Part shown: piece after piece, positions 39,608 to 50,937 of the stretch
How the letters are laid out: every line of letters starts with the position of its first letter
How positions within the stretch are numbered: the stretch's first letter is position 1
Origin: Burkholderiaceae bacterium
GTDB taxonomy: Bacteria > Pseudomonadota > Gammaproteobacteria > Burkholderiales > Burkholderiaceae_F
Length of the DNA stretch: 64,000 bases
Direction of reading: 5' to 3'
NCBI GenBank assembly: GCA_036652035.1
Contig: JAVVWR010000005.1
Span: 2,688-66,687, forward strand
Program-made: the position numbers and the translations under genes
The notes under the pieces: model-generated
What the model was told of the DNA's origin: nothing
Seen by the model: only the letters and a program-made list of their open reading frames with translations
Databases searched by the model: none

Positions 39608-41506
39608 ATGAGCGCACCGACCATCGTGGCCGGTCTCAAGCAGGTACTGGCCGCTCACACGCCGTTTTCCGAGATGGCGGCCGACGATCTCGACTTTCTG
39701 GTCGAGCGCGTCGAGCTGGCTTACTTCGGCCCGGGCGAGGTCGTGCTCGCGCCCTCGGGGGCGGTGCCGGCGCACTTCATCCTGATCAAGCAGGGGCGGG
39801 TGCGTGGCGAGAATCCGGGCGATGACAACGCCACCGCGTTTGAAGGCGGCGTGGGCGACTGTTTCCCGGTGGGCGCGCTGCTGGCGCAGCGCCCGGTCTC
39901 GCTGCTTTACCGCTCGGTGGGCGACACCTTTGTCCTGCTGCTGCCGCGCACGGACTTTGAGGAACTCACCCGTCGCAGCCTGGGCTTTCTCGATTTCTGC
40001 AAGCGCCGTCTGGGCTCCTTGCTCGATCTCTCGCACCAGCAGATGCAGGCGGCTTACGCGGCCGACGCCAACGCTCAGCGCACGCTCGCCACGCCGGTGG
40101 GCGAGTTGCTGCGGCAAGCGCCGCTTGCCTGCGGGCCTGATACGCCGCTGCGCGAGGTGTTCTCGCGCATGCACGCCGCGCATGTCGGCTCAATCATCGT
40201 CACCGAGCCGGTGGGGCAGGGCGAGCGGGTCGCCGGCATTCTCACCCGCACCGATTTGATCGGCCGGGTGATCCTGCCCGAGCTTTCGCTCGATTCACCG
40301 GTATCGCAGGTGATGACACGGCAGGTTCTCACGCTCGAAGCCGAGGCCAGCGCGGCCGATGCGACGCTGCTGATGGCCGAGCACTCGATCCGCCACATTC
40401 CTGTGCTGCGGGGCCCCTTGGGCGCGCAGCGGCTCGCCGGCGTGGTGTCCGAGCGCGACCTCTTTGCGATGCAGCGCCTGACCGTGCGGCAACTGGCGGT
40501 GGCGGTGCGGCGCGCGGGCGATCTTGACGCCTTGGTGCGGGTGGCGGCCGACATCCGGCGGCTTTCGCACCACCTGGTGGCGCAAGGGGTGGCGGCGGCG
40601 CAGTTGACGCGCTTGATCAGCCATCTCAATGACCAGCTCACCGGTCGGGTGCTGCAACTCGCCTGCGAGCGCTTCGATCTCGACCCGAGCCGATTCTGCT
40701 GGCTTGCGTTTGGCAGCGAAGGCCGGCGCGAACAGACCATCGCGACCGACCAGGACAACGGCATCATCTATGTCGAAGGTGAAGACGGCGAGCGTCTGCG
40801 GATCATGGCCGAATGGGTCAACGCCGCGCTGGCGCAGGCCGGCTTTCCCTTGTGCAAGGGCGGCATCATGGCGGGCAAGCCGGCGTGGTGTCTGCCGGCG
40901 GCCCGCTGGCACGCTCAGTTCGCGGGCTGGATCGAGCGCGGCGGGCCGCAGGCCTTGCTCAACGCCAGCATCTTCTTCGATTTCCGGCCGGTATTTGGCG
41001 AGGCGGCGCTCGCCAATGCCTTGCGCGAGGACGTGATCGCGCGCGCGCAGGCCAACCGGCGTTTTCTCAAGCAGCTCGCCGATTGCGCTCTGCGCAACCG
41101 CGCGCCGGAGTTTGGTGGCATGTTCGAGTCGCTGTTTGGCGATCCGGGCAAGCAGGCGGTCGATCTCAAGCTCAGCGGCACCATGCTGTTTGTCGACGCG
41201 GCGCGAATCTGGGCGCTGGCGGCGGGGCTGCCGCAGACCCATACCAGCGAGCGGCTGCGCCGCCTGGTCGAAGGCGGCCAGTTGCCCGAGAGTGAAGTCG
41301 ATGGCTGGCACGACGCCTTCGAGTTTTTCCAGCTGATGCGATTGCGTGCTCAGCACCGGCGCGCCGAGCGTGGCGCGGCCAACGACGAGAACCCGAACCT
41401 GGTCGAGCTCAAGCAGCTCTCGGCGCTGGAGCGGCGGATCGTCAAGGAGGGCCTGCGGCAGGCACGCAAGGCTCAGACCCGCTTGCGGCTCGATTTTCAG
41501 GGCTGA
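39608..41506 (+). CDS. Signal-sensing nucleotidyltransferase: cNMP-binding-like domain + tandem CBS + DUF294 nucleotidyltransferase + DUF294_C
   Basis: 632-aa ORF. N-terminal cNMP-like beta-roll (FGPGEVVLAPSG...ILIKQGRVRG). Two CBS modules (GSIIVTEP...AGILTRTDL and IRHIPVL...AGVVSERDL). Nucleotidyltransferase motif AFGSEGRREQTIATDQDNGII. Confidence 0.75.
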   Translation: MSAPTIVAGLKQVLAAHTPFSEMAADDLDFLVERVELAYFGPGEVVLAPSGAVPAHFILIKQGRVRGENPGDDNATAFEGGVGDCFPVGALLAQRPVSLLYRSVGDTFVLLLPRTDFEELTRRSLGFLDFCKRRLGSLLDLSHQQMQAAYAADANAQRTLATPVGELLRQAPLACGPDTPLREVFSRMHAAHVGSIIVTEPVGQGERVAGILTRTDLIGRVILPELSLDSPVSQVMTRQVLTLEAEASAADATLLMAEHSIRHIPVLRGPLGAQRLAGVVSERDLFAMQRLTVRQLAVAVRRAGDLDALVRVAADIRRLSHHLVAQGVAAAQLTRLISHLNDQLTGRVLQLACERFDLDPSRFCWLAFGSEGRREQTIATDQDNGIIYVEGEDGERLRIMAEWVNAALAQAGFPLCKGGIMAGKPAWCLPAARWHAQFAGWIERGGPQALLNASIFFDFRPVFGEAALANALREDVIARAQANRRFLKQLADCALRNRAPEFGGMFESLFGDPGKQAVDLKLSGTMLFVDAARIWALAAGLPQTHTSERLRRLVEGGQLPESEVDGWHDAFEFFQLMRLRAQHRRAERGAANDENPNLVELKQLSALERRIVKEGLRQARKAQTRLRLDFQG

Positions 41507-42132
41507 TGAAAAACGGGTTCGCCCGATTTTGGCGTCGTCCGCCCGCAGCCTTGGCCGCTCAGCGCTGGGTTGTGCTCGACGTCGAAACGAGCGGCCTGGA
41601 CGCGAGCCGCGATGCGCTCATTGCCATCGGTGCGGTGGCCATGCGCGGGGGGCGGGTGATTCCCGGCGACAGCCTGGAGCTGGTGATCAGGCAGACCGAG
41701 GCGAGCTCGCGCGAGAATATTCTTGTTCATCGCGTCGGTCGCGCTGCCCAGCTGGGGGGAACCGAGCCCGCCGCTGCCGCGCTGGCCTTGGTCGACTTCA
41801 TTGGCCGGGCGCCGCTCCTGGCGTTTCATGCGCCGTTTGACCGAAGCTTCTTGGCGCGCGCGGTCAAAGCTCATCTCAAGCGCCGGCTCGACAACCCCTG
41901 GCTCGACCTGGCTGAACTGGCGCCGGTTCTGGAGCCCAAGGCGAGGTTGTGCTCGCTCGATGATTGGCTGGCGTTTTATTCGATTCCGGCGGCGTCGCGC
42001 CACAACGCAGCGGGTGACGCCTTTGCCACGGCTTTGCTGGCCGCTCGGCTGATTCCCGAGGCGCGGCGGCAGGGGGCTAAAAGCTTCGCTGAGCTACAGG
42101 CGCTGGCCCGGGCTGGCAAGTGGGTTCAATGA
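41506..42132 (+). CDS. DEDDh 3'-5' exonuclease (DnaQ/epsilon-like)
   Basis: 208-aa ORF with Exo I VVLDVETSGLD, Exo II LAFHAPFDRSFL and Exo III HNAAGDAFATALL. The ATG overlaps the upstream TGA by 1 nt. Confidence 0.8.
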   Translation: MKNGFARFWRRPPAALAAQRWVVLDVETSGLDASRDALIAIGAVAMRGGRVIPGDSLELVIRQTEASSRENILVHRVGRAAQLGGTEPAAAALALVDFIGRAPLLAFHAPFDRSFLARAVKAHLKRRLDNPWLDLAELAPVLEPKARLCSLDDWLAFYSIPAASRHNAAGDAFATALLAARLIPEARRQGAKSFAELQALARAGKWVQ

Positions 42133-42157
42133 GCCCGCTTAATGCGGCGAGCAGCGC

Positions 42158-42607
42158 TTAGCGTGAGCGATTTTTGAGCAGACGCTCCTGCTCGCGCTTC
42201 CACTGCTTGTCGGATTCGTCGGCGCGCTTTTCGAATTGCTTCTTGCCCTTGGCCAGGCCCATCGCCAGCTTGACCCGGCCCTTGGTGAAGTGCAGATCGA
42301 GCGGCACCAGGGTGTAGCCCGCGCGTTCGACCTTGCCGATCAGCTTGGAGATTTCCTTCGCGTGCAGCAGCAGCTTGCGGGTGCGAGTGGGCTCGGCTTT
42401 CTCGTGCGTGCTGGCAGTGGGCAGAGGGGTGACGTGGGCGTTGAGCAGAAAGAGTTCGGCGCCACGGATGATGATGTGGCTTTCCTTGATCTGCGAGCGG
42501 CCGGCGCGGATGGATTTGACTTCCCAGCCCTTCAATACGAGACCCGCCTCGAAGCGTTCTTCGATCGAGTAATCGTAGTGGGCCTTTTTGTTCTGAACGA
42601 TCGCCAC
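42158..42607 (-). CDS. smpB: SsrA(tmRNA)-binding protein
   Basis: 149-aa [32 protein letters not shown] is diagnostic of SmpB. Confidence 0.96.
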   Translation of the reverse strand: MAIVQNKKAHYDYSIEERFEAGLVLKGWEVKSIRAGRSQIKESHIIIRGAELFLLNAHVTPLPTASTHEKAEPTRTRKLLLHAKEISKLIGKVERAGYTLVPLDLHFTKGRVKLAMGLAKGKKQFEKRADESDKQWKREQERLLKNRSR

Positions 42608-42673
42608 GGGGCTGCGCTTACCGGTTGACTACAATCTCGCAGTGTACCAATGCCCTCGCCCGAAGCGACTCCG

Positions 42674-43111
42674 ATGCCTCATGTAGACCGCTCCCTGCTT
42701 GTTCACTACAGCGCGGAACAGATGTTCGAACTCGTTGCCGATGTCGAGCATTACCCACAATTTCTTCCCTGGTGCAGCGGCAGCCGGGTGGTGCGCGACC
42801 GCGAGGGCGGGGCCGACGCCACGGTCGAGCTGGATTACCGCGGCATCAAGAGCCACTTCACGACCCGCAATGACTTACGTTTTCCCGAGCAGATCCGTAT
42901 GAGTCTGCTCGATGGCCCGTTTCGCAGCCTGACCGGGCACTGGTCGTTCATCGCTCTGCGCCCGGGCGCCTGCAAGGTGCAGCTCACCCTGCACTACGAA
43001 TTTGCTAGCAGCCTGCTGGGCCGGGCGCTCGCGCCCGTCTTTGAACACGTGGCGCATTCGATGATTGAATCGTTTGAGAGCCGTGCGGAGCAGGTCTATG
43101 GCCCGCACTGA
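42674..43111 (+). CDS. ratA: RatA/COQ10-like SRPBCC (START-fold) protein, canonical smpB-adjacent copy
   Basis: MPHVDRSLLVHYSAEQMFELVADVEHYPQFLPWC... Divergent from smpB and followed by rnfH, as in E. coli smpB / ratA-ratB. Start at 42674 is preferred over 42650. Confidence 0.85.
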   Translation: MPHVDRSLLVHYSAEQMFELVADVEHYPQFLPWCSGSRVVRDREGGADATVELDYRGIKSHFTTRNDLRFPEQIRMSLLDGPFRSLTGHWSFIALRPGACKVQLTLHYEFASSLLGRALAPVFEHVAHSMIESFESRAEQVYGPH

Positions 43112-43394
43112 AAGCACGCAACGAATCCGCGTGAGCGTGGCGATGGCCGGTCCGATCGAGAGTGGCGTGGTCGAGGTCGAACTCGACGCGGGAGCGACGC
43201 TTGCCGAGGCGGCTCTCGCCAGCGGCCTGCTGCCTCCGGGTGCGCCGCTCGATCTTGGTGTGTGGGGCCACCGGCGCGCGCCGGTGACGGCCTTGCGCGA
43301 AGGCGACCGGGTCGAGATCTATCGGGCTCTGACCGTCGACCCGATGGCGGCGCGCCGGATTCGCGCCGAGGTCAAGCGCCGCCGCGCCGAGTAA
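43098..43394 (+). CDS. rnfH: RnfH-family ubiquitin-fold protein (UPF0125)
   Basis: 98 aa from ATG 43098, overlapping the ratA end. IRVSVAMAG...GVWGHRRAPVTALREGDRVEIYRALTVDP is typical of RnfH. Confidence 0.8.
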   Translation: MARTESTQRIRVSVAMAGPIESGVVEVELDAGATLAEAALASGLLPPGAPLDLGVWGHRRAPVTALREGDRVEIYRALTVDPMAARRIRAEVKRRRAE

Positions 43395-43413
43395 AACGCG
43401 GCGCGGCTGATTT

Positions 43414-43944
43414 TCAGTGGCAGAAGGTTTGAACCGACTGGCGCGAGCGTTCGATTTCGCTGGCTCTTTGGCCGTCGTCAAGAAAGCTGCGCTGGCCTGA
43501 GGGCGAGACTTGAGCCACGCGCTGGCCGGACTCGAGTGCCTTGAGATAGCCGCGCGCGCGCTCGCATTCGGCCGCTTGGCGGCTTTGTTTGCGTTCGTCG
43601 TCGGCGGCCTTGTTGGCCGCTTCCGCGCTCTCCTTTTGGCGCTTCTGGAAATCGAGTTCACGCTCGGCCAGTGACTTGAGGCCGGCGGGCTTGGCCGCTG
43701 CGCTGGATTGGGTGGGGGCGGCGGCCGGGGCTTGATCGGGCGTCACGTTGACGGCAGCGGCCCGGGGTTGGCGCACGATCTGATTGGCCTTGACCGAGGC
43801 GGGTGGGGCTTGATCGGAGAACACCACCGTGCCGTTGGTGTCGCGCCACGCCCACTGCGCCTGGGCGGCCAAAGGTTGAGCGAGGACGGCGGCCAGGATC
43901 AAGGCCAACAAGGGAGCGAGGCGAGGGCGGGCTGCGGCAGGCAT
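43414..43944 (-). CDS. DUF4124 domain-containing secreted protein
   Basis: Start at ATG 43942-43944. Signal peptide (LAPLLALILAAVLAQPLAAQA) followed by WAWRDTNGTVVFSDQAPP, the DUF4124 signature, then a charged tail. Confidence 0.7.
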   Translation of the reverse strand: MPAAARPRLAPLLALILAAVLAQPLAAQAQWAWRDTNGTVVFSDQAPPASVKANQIVRQPRAAAVNVTPDQAPAAAPTQSSAAAKPAGLKSLAERELDFQKRQKESAEAANKAADDERKQSRQAAECERARGYLKALESGQRVAQVSPSGQRSFLDDGQRASEIERSRQSVQTFCH

Positions 43945-44108
43945 GGGATCTCCGGGTGATAGTGGGATTGTCCGGGGCGGCCGCCGGCATCGCAAGCCGG
44001 ATCACTGCCTCACGGGATGGGCAGGTGCGAGCTTCATGCGCGGGAAACCCGTAGGCGTCCAAGCCTGGGGCCGTCCAGTACAATTGACTTTTGCGTCATG
44101 AGGCCCCC

Positions 44109-45575
44109 ATGCGACTTCTCCAGAAGGCACTAACCTTCGATGACGTGCTGCTCGTGCCCGCCTACTCGGCGGTTCTGCCACGGGACACGCAACTGTCCAC
44201 CCAGTTCACCCGCAACATCCGTCTCAACCTGCCGTTGGTGTCCGCTGCCATGGATACGGTGACCGAGGCCAATCTTGCGATCGCCCTCGCACAAGAGGGC
44301 GGAATCGGGATCGTCCACAAGAACCTGACGCCGCGCGAACAAGCGGCCGAGGTTGCCAAGGTCAAGCGTTACGAGTCTGGCGTGGTGAGCGATCCCATCA
44401 CGATCGGCCCCGACATGACGGTGCGCGACGTGATCCAGATCACCCGCGAGCACAAGATCTCCGGCTTGCCGGTGGTCCAGGGCAAGCGCGTGCTGGGCAT
44501 CGTCACCAACCGTGACCTGCGCTTTGAATCGCGGATGGACGCCAAGGTCTCCGAGATCATGACCCCGCGCGAGCGCCTGGTCACGGTCAAGGAAGGCGCG
44601 AGCCTCGACGAAGCCAAGGACCTGATGCACCGCCACAAGCTCGAGCGCGTGCTGGTGGTCGATGACGATTTCAATCTGCGCGGCCTGATGACCGTCAAGG
44701 ACATCACCAAGGCGACCGAGCACCCGCTCGCGGCCAAGGACGCGCAAGGCAAGCTGCGCGTGGGCGCTGCCGTGGGCGTGGGCGAAGGCACCGAAGAGCG
44801 CGTTGAGCTGCTGGTCAAGGCTGGCGTTGACGTGCTGGTGGTCGATACCGCTCACGGTCACTCCAAGGGCGTGCTCGACCGTGTGCGCTGGGTCAAGCAG
44901 AACTACCCGCAAGTTGACGTGATTGGCGGCAACATCGCCACCGCGGCGGCGGCTCTGGCTCTGGTTGAACACGGCGCCGATGGCGTCAAGGTCGGCATCG
45001 GCCCGGGTTCGATCTGCACCACTCGCGTCGTCGCGGGTGTGGGCGTGCCGCAGATTTCCGCGATCTCGAACGTGGCCGAAGCCCTGGCGGGCACCGGCGT
45101 GCCGCTGGTGGCCGACGGCGGCGTGCGCTTCTCGGGCGACCTCGCCAAGGCGATCGCAGCCGGCGCCAACACGGTGATGATGGGCGGCATGTTCGCCGGC
45201 ACCGAAGAGGCGCCGGGTGAGGTGATCCTCTACCAGGGCCGCTCGTACAAGAGCTACCGTGGCATGGGTTCGTTGGGCGCAATGCACAAGGGCTCGGCCG
45301 ACCGCTACTTCCAGGACAACAACGACGGCAACGTCGACAAGCTGGTTCCGGAAGGCATCGAAGGCATGGTCCCGTACAAGGGCTCGGTGCTGGCGATCAT
45401 CTACCAGATGGCGGGTGGTCTGCGTTCGTCGATGGGCTATTGCGGTTGCGCGAGCATCGAAGAGATGCGCAGCAAGGCCGAATTCGTCGAGATCACGAGT
45501 GCCGGCATGCGCGAGTCGCATGTGCACGACGTGAAGATCACGAAGGAAGCCCCCAACTACCGTCTCGACAACTGA
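44109..45575 (+). CDS. guaB: IMP dehydrogenase
   Basis: [20 protein letters not shown]..., an inserted CBS pair and the catalytic loop [11 protein letters not shown]. Confidence 0.96.
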   Translation: MRLLQKALTFDDVLLVPAYSAVLPRDTQLSTQFTRNIRLNLPLVSAAMDTVTEANLAIALAQEGGIGIVHKNLTPREQAAEVAKVKRYESGVVSDPITIGPDMTVRDVIQITREHKISGLPVVQGKRVLGIVTNRDLRFESRMDAKVSEIMTPRERLVTVKEGASLDEAKDLMHRHKLERVLVVDDDFNLRGLMTVKDITKATEHPLAAKDAQGKLRVGAAVGVGEGTEERVELLVKAGVDVLVVDTAHGHSKGVLDRVRWVKQNYPQVDVIGGNIATAAAALALVEHGADGVKVGIGPGSICTTRVVAGVGVPQISAISNVAEALAGTGVPLVADGGVRFSGDLAKAIAAGANTVMMGGMFAGTEEAPGEVILYQGRSYKSYRGMGSLGAMHKGSADRYFQDNNDGNVDKLVPEGIEGMVPYKGSVLAIIYQMAGGLRSSMGYCGCASIEEMRSKAEFVEITSAGMRESHVHDVKITKEAPNYRLDN

Positions 45576-45594
45576 GCTTGTCGCTGAGCCCGGC

Positions 45595-45879
45595 TTGCGC
45601 CCATCTCCGTCCCCCGTCACTCGCAAGGATCGCGTGCGACGCGCATGGACGCGGTTTTGGGCCCTGTTGGGCGCAGCGTTTTTGGTAGTGCTGGCCTGGC
45701 GCTTGCCGGGCCATGTGGAGCAGGGCGATGCCAGCGTGCTGATGAGGGACGCCGGCCTCGCCCTGTTGTGCGTGAACATGATCCTGCAGGCGGTTCGAGC
45801 GAACTGGCCGACGATCAACGCCTTGATACTCACAGTCGTCGGAGTGGCCTTGTGGCTGGCCGGCGCATGGAAGCTATGA
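45595..45879 (+). CDS. Hypothetical small membrane protein between guaB and guaA
   Basis: 94-aa ORF with two to three hydrophobic segments ([15 protein letters not shown]; [12 protein letters not shown]; [17 protein letters not shown]). Its TGA overlaps the guaA ATG (ATGA). I recognise no family. Confidence 0.4.
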   Translation: MRPSPSPVTRKDRVRRAWTRFWALLGAAFLVVLAWRLPGHVEQGDASVLMRDAGLALLCVNMILQAVRANWPTINALILTVVGVALWLAGAWKL

Positions 45880-47441
45880 ATCACGACCGCATCCTCATTC
45901 TTGATTTCGGCTCGCAGGTCACGCAGCTGATCGCGCGTCGCGTGCGCGAAGCGCATGTCTACTGCGAAGTCCATCCGGCTGACGTGTCGGCCGAGTTCAT
46001 CCGCGAATTCGCGCCGCGTGGCGTGATTCTCTCGGGCTCGCACATGAGCGCGTACGAGGAATCGAACGATCAGGCGCCCGCCGCCGTGTTCGATCTTGGC
46101 GTGCCGGTGTTCGGCATCTGCTACGGCATGCAGACCATGGCGCAGCAATTGGGCGGCAAGGTCGAAGGCGGCCACACGCGTGAGTTCGGCTACGCCGAAG
46201 TCCGCGCGCACAGTCACACCCAGCTTCTGAGCGGTCTGCAAGACTTCGAGACCGCCGAACGCCATGGCATGCTGAAGGTCTGGATGAGCCACGGCGACAA
46301 GGTCACCGAGCTGCCGCCGGGCTTCAAGCTGATGGCCTCGACCCCGAGCTGCCCGATCGCCGGCATGGCCGACGAATCGCGCGGCTATTACGCCGTCCAA
46401 TTTCACCCCGAGGTCACGCACACCGTTCAGGGTGCGGCGATGCTGACGCGCTTCGTGCGCGAGATCTGTGGCTGCAAGCCCGACTGGGTGATGGGCGACT
46501 ACGCCTCGGAGGCGGTGGAAAAAATCCGCACCCAGGTGGGTGACGAGGAAGTCATTCTTGGCCTCTCAGGCGGGGTCGATTCCTCGGTCTGCGCCGCTCT
46601 GATCCATCGTGCGATCGGCAAGCAGCTCACCTGTGTTTTCGTCGATAACGGCCTCTTGCGCTTGAACGAGCGCGAGCAGGTGGTTGAGACTTTCGAACGC
46701 CACATGGGTCTGAAGCTGATCGTGGTCGACGCGGTTGATCGCTTCATGACCGCACTGGCGGGCGTCACCGATCCGGAAGCCAAGCGCAAGATCATCGGGC
46801 GCGAGTTCGTCCACATCTTCCAGGAAGAGGCCGAGAAACTCACCAGCGCCAAGTGGTTGGCGCAGGGCACGATCTACCCCGACGTGATCGAATCGGCTGG
46901 CGCCAAGACCAAGAAGGCGACCACGATCAAGAGCCACCACAACGTCGGTGGCCTGCCCGAGACCCTGCACCTCAAGCTCCTCGAGCCGCTGCGCGAGCTC
47001 TTCAAGGACGAAGTGCGCGAGCTCGGCATTGCGCTTGGCCTGCCGGCCGAGATGGTGCATCGCCATCCCTTCCCCGGCCCGGGCCTGGGCGTTCGCATCC
47101 TGGGCGAAGTGCGCAAGGATTTCGCCGACCTGCTGCGCCGCGCCGACGCGATCTTCATCGAAGAGCTGCGCGCCTCGGGTTGGTACGAGAAGACCAGCCA
47201 GGCCTTTGTCGTGTTTCTGCCAGTCAAAAGCGTGGGCGTGATGGGCGACGGCCGCACCTACGAGTGGGTGGTCAGCCTGCGCGCGGTGCAGACCTCGGAC
47301 TTCATGACGGCGCATTGGGCGCACCTGCCCTACGACCTCTTGGGTCGGGTGTCGAACCGCATCATCAATGAAGTGCGCGGCATCAACCGTGTGGTCTACG
47401 ACATCTCGGGCAAGCCGCCCGCGACGATCGAGTGGGAGTGA
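45876..47441 (+). CDS. guaA: GMP synthase (glutamine-hydrolysing)
   Basis: Start re-picked at ATG 45876 ([25 protein letters not shown]...). GATase catalytic GICYGMQ, ATP-PPase P-loop [10 protein letters not shown] and a C-terminal ...KPPATIEWE. Confidence 0.95.
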   Translation: MNHDRILILDFGSQVTQLIARRVREAHVYCEVHPADVSAEFIREFAPRGVILSGSHMSAYEESNDQAPAAVFDLGVPVFGICYGMQTMAQQLGGKVEGGHTREFGYAEVRAHSHTQLLSGLQDFETAERHGMLKVWMSHGDKVTELPPGFKLMASTPSCPIAGMADESRGYYAVQFHPEVTHTVQGAAMLTRFVREICGCKPDWVMGDYASEAVEKIRTQVGDEEVILGLSGGVDSSVCAALIHRAIGKQLTCVFVDNGLLRLNEREQVVETFERHMGLKLIVVDAVDRFMTALAGVTDPEAKRKIIGREFVHIFQEEAEKLTSAKWLAQGTIYPDVIESAGAKTKKATTIKSHHNVGGLPETLHLKLLEPLRELFKDEVRELGIALGLPAEMVHRHPFPGPGLGVRILGEVRKDFADLLRRADAIFIEELRASGWYEKTSQAFVVFLPVKSVGVMGDGRTYEWVVSLRAVQTSDFMTAHWAHLPYDLLGRVSNRIINEVRGINRVVYDISGKPPATIEWE

Positions 47442-47492
47442 GGGTCGCGGCTGCGATGGGCCGCTCGACGCTTTTTCTCTGAGAGTTCGACC

Positions 47493-47525
47493 GAATTCCG
47501 CGCACCCCGGTGGTGCGCGGAATTC
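47493..47525. repeat. Perfect 14-bp inverted repeat (hairpin) downstream of guaA; possible terminator or REP-like element
   Basis: GAATTCCGCGCACC (47493-47506), loop CCGGT, then GGTGCGCGGAATTC (47512-47525). No T-run follows. Confidence 0.55.
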
Positions 47526-47654
47526 GTTGCAAAGCTCGGCCGACTCCGCGCCGGGTACCGGTTCTTCGTCGTCGCAAGGGCTGCGAGCCGGACTCAATTC
47601 CTCGTGTATGAAAAAAAGTTCTGACGGCCGCGCTGTCGGGACTGGAGCAGTGCC

Positions 47655-48131
47655 ATGAACTTGTCCTCGCATGAACTGAGCATGACGGTGCTCATGACTC
47701 CCGACACCGCCAACTTCGCAGGCCACGTCCATGGCGGCACCATTCTCAAGCTGCTGGATCAAGTTGCCTACGCCTGTGCCAGTCGCTACGCCGGTCGCTA
47801 CGTTGTCACCCTGAGCGTCGACCAGGTGGTGTTTCGTCAACCGGTCGATGTTGGCCAGCTAGTGACCTTTCTGGCCAGCGTCAACACCACCGGTACGAGT
47901 TCGATGGAGATCGGCATCAAGGTGATCGCCGAGAACATTCGCATCCAGGAAGTCCGCCACGTCGTGAGCTGCTTCTTCACCATGGTCGCGATCGACGATG
48001 ATGGCGCGCCGGTGGCGGTGCCGCGGCTTGAGCCTGTCACCCCGGATCAGAAGCGGCGCCACGCCGCGGCATTGGTGCGCAAAGAGATGCGGCGCGAGCT
48101 CGAGCAGCGCTACAAGGCACTGGTGTCCTAA
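47655..48131 (+). CDS. Acyl-CoA thioesterase (hotdog fold, YciA/Acot-like)
   Basis: 158-aa ORF. MTVLMTPDTANFAGHVHGGTILKLLDQVAY...SVDQVVFRQPV is typical of the family. Confidence 0.82.
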   Translation: MNLSSHELSMTVLMTPDTANFAGHVHGGTILKLLDQVAYACASRYAGRYVVTLSVDQVVFRQPVDVGQLVTFLASVNTTGTSSMEIGIKVIAENIRIQEVRHVVSCFFTMVAIDDDGAPVAVPRLEPVTPDQKRRHAAALVRKEMRRELEQRYKALVS

Positions 48132-48132
48132 T

Positions 48133-48760
48133 GAAAGCGCAAGAAGCACGGGGCCGAGTACCGGCGGCCATGGCGCAAGGTGCACTTGGGAGCCGATGCG
48201 GACACGCTGGAGATTCGCGCGATTGAAGTCACCGACAAGCGCGTCGGCAATGCGCCGATGCGGCCTGAATGGCTCAATCCGATAGCGTCCGATCAAGCAC
48301 TTGCCAGCGTCAGCGGCGACGGCGCCTACGACACCAAGGCCTGCCATGCGGCGATCGTTCAGCGCGGCGCGCAGGCGGTGATCTCTTCCGCGCAAGAATG
48401 CCCAACCGTGGCAGATCACGCTTGCGGGCGCGCTGGCACGCAACGAGGCGCTCAGGGCGTGTCACAGGCTGGGGCGCAGCCTCTGGAAAAAGGGGAGCGG
48501 CTACCACCGTCGAAGCTTGGTGAAGACCAAGAGGCATGGTTTCAAGCGCCTGGGTGAGCGGGTGAACGGGTGAACGAGTGAATGGGTGATAGCACGCACC
48601 TTTGAGCGTCAGGTGGTCGAGCTGCACATGCGCGTAGCCCTGCTCAACCGTTTCTCGCAACTCGGGCGACCGACTGCCGTGCCCGTGGCCGTGGCCGCCA
48701 TGGCGTAGCTACGTCCGGGGCTGGGGGTTCTCGTCTCCTTTCCGACTTGTGCAACAAAGC
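48133..48760 (+). mobile_element. IS5-family insertion sequence remnant (3' part only); transposase is a pseudogene
   Basis: Reading across three frames gives ...KHGAEYRRPWRKVHLGADADTLEIRAIEVTDKRVGNAPM...VSGDGAYDT (DDE region)...AVI, then a frameshift near 48385. It continues PRKNAQPWQITLAGALARNEALRACHRLGRSLWKKGSGYHRRSLVKTKRHGFKRLGERV, hits an in-frame TGA inside an 8-nt repeat expansion, and ends IARTFERQVVELHMRVALLNRFSQLGRP...*. The N-terminal half of the transposase and the left end are absent. The putative right terminal repeat ends ...CCGACTTGTGCAACAAAGC at 48760, which is IS903-like GGCTTTGTTG when reverse-complemented. Confidence 0.75.
48553..48589 (+). repeat. 8-nt tandem repeat (GGTGARCG-like, about 4.5 units) inside the IS remnant
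   Basis: GGTGAGCG GGTGAACG GGTGAACG AGTGAATG GGTGA. Deleting 24 nt (three units) restores an uninterrupted ...LGERVIARTFERQ... reading. Confidence 0.85.
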
Positions 48761-48859
48761 TGTCCGATCGTCGTCAGCCCGATTCCCGGGGCAGCGCTGT
48801 CGCTGGAGTCGCGCAATCCCGGAGCGCTCGATCGATGTTTCGGGCACCGGCTTCGATAA

Positions 48860-50738
<1,879 letters not shown>

Positions 50739-50937
50739 AACGAGCGGCAAGCCCTGGCAGAGCGCTCCTCGAGGGGCGCCCGCCGACAGGTCGCGGGCCT
50801 CGCGTCTGCGGCGCGATTCTTGGGGGCAGGGGCGTACGCCGGAGCCGGTCGCGACCGGACTGACCTTGAAAGACGAGACCGGCGGCATGGGCGTCGGTCA
50901 TGCTCCTGGCCGCAGCTAGACTGAGTAACCCACGGCC

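Noticed and set aside
42133-42673. Looked for a tmRNA (ssrA) gene flanking smpB.
   Set aside because: The flanking spacers are only about 25 nt and about 65 nt, too short for a ~360-nt tmRNA. I saw no tRNA-like acceptor/T-arm sequence. ssrA must be elsewhere.
42608-43394. ratA-rnfH next to smpB considered as a toxin-antitoxin or defence module.
   Set aside because: This is the widely conserved housekeeping arrangement, smpB divergent from ratA(yfjG)-rnfH(yfjF). I saw nothing atypical in length, motifs or context, and no mobile-element signatures flank it.
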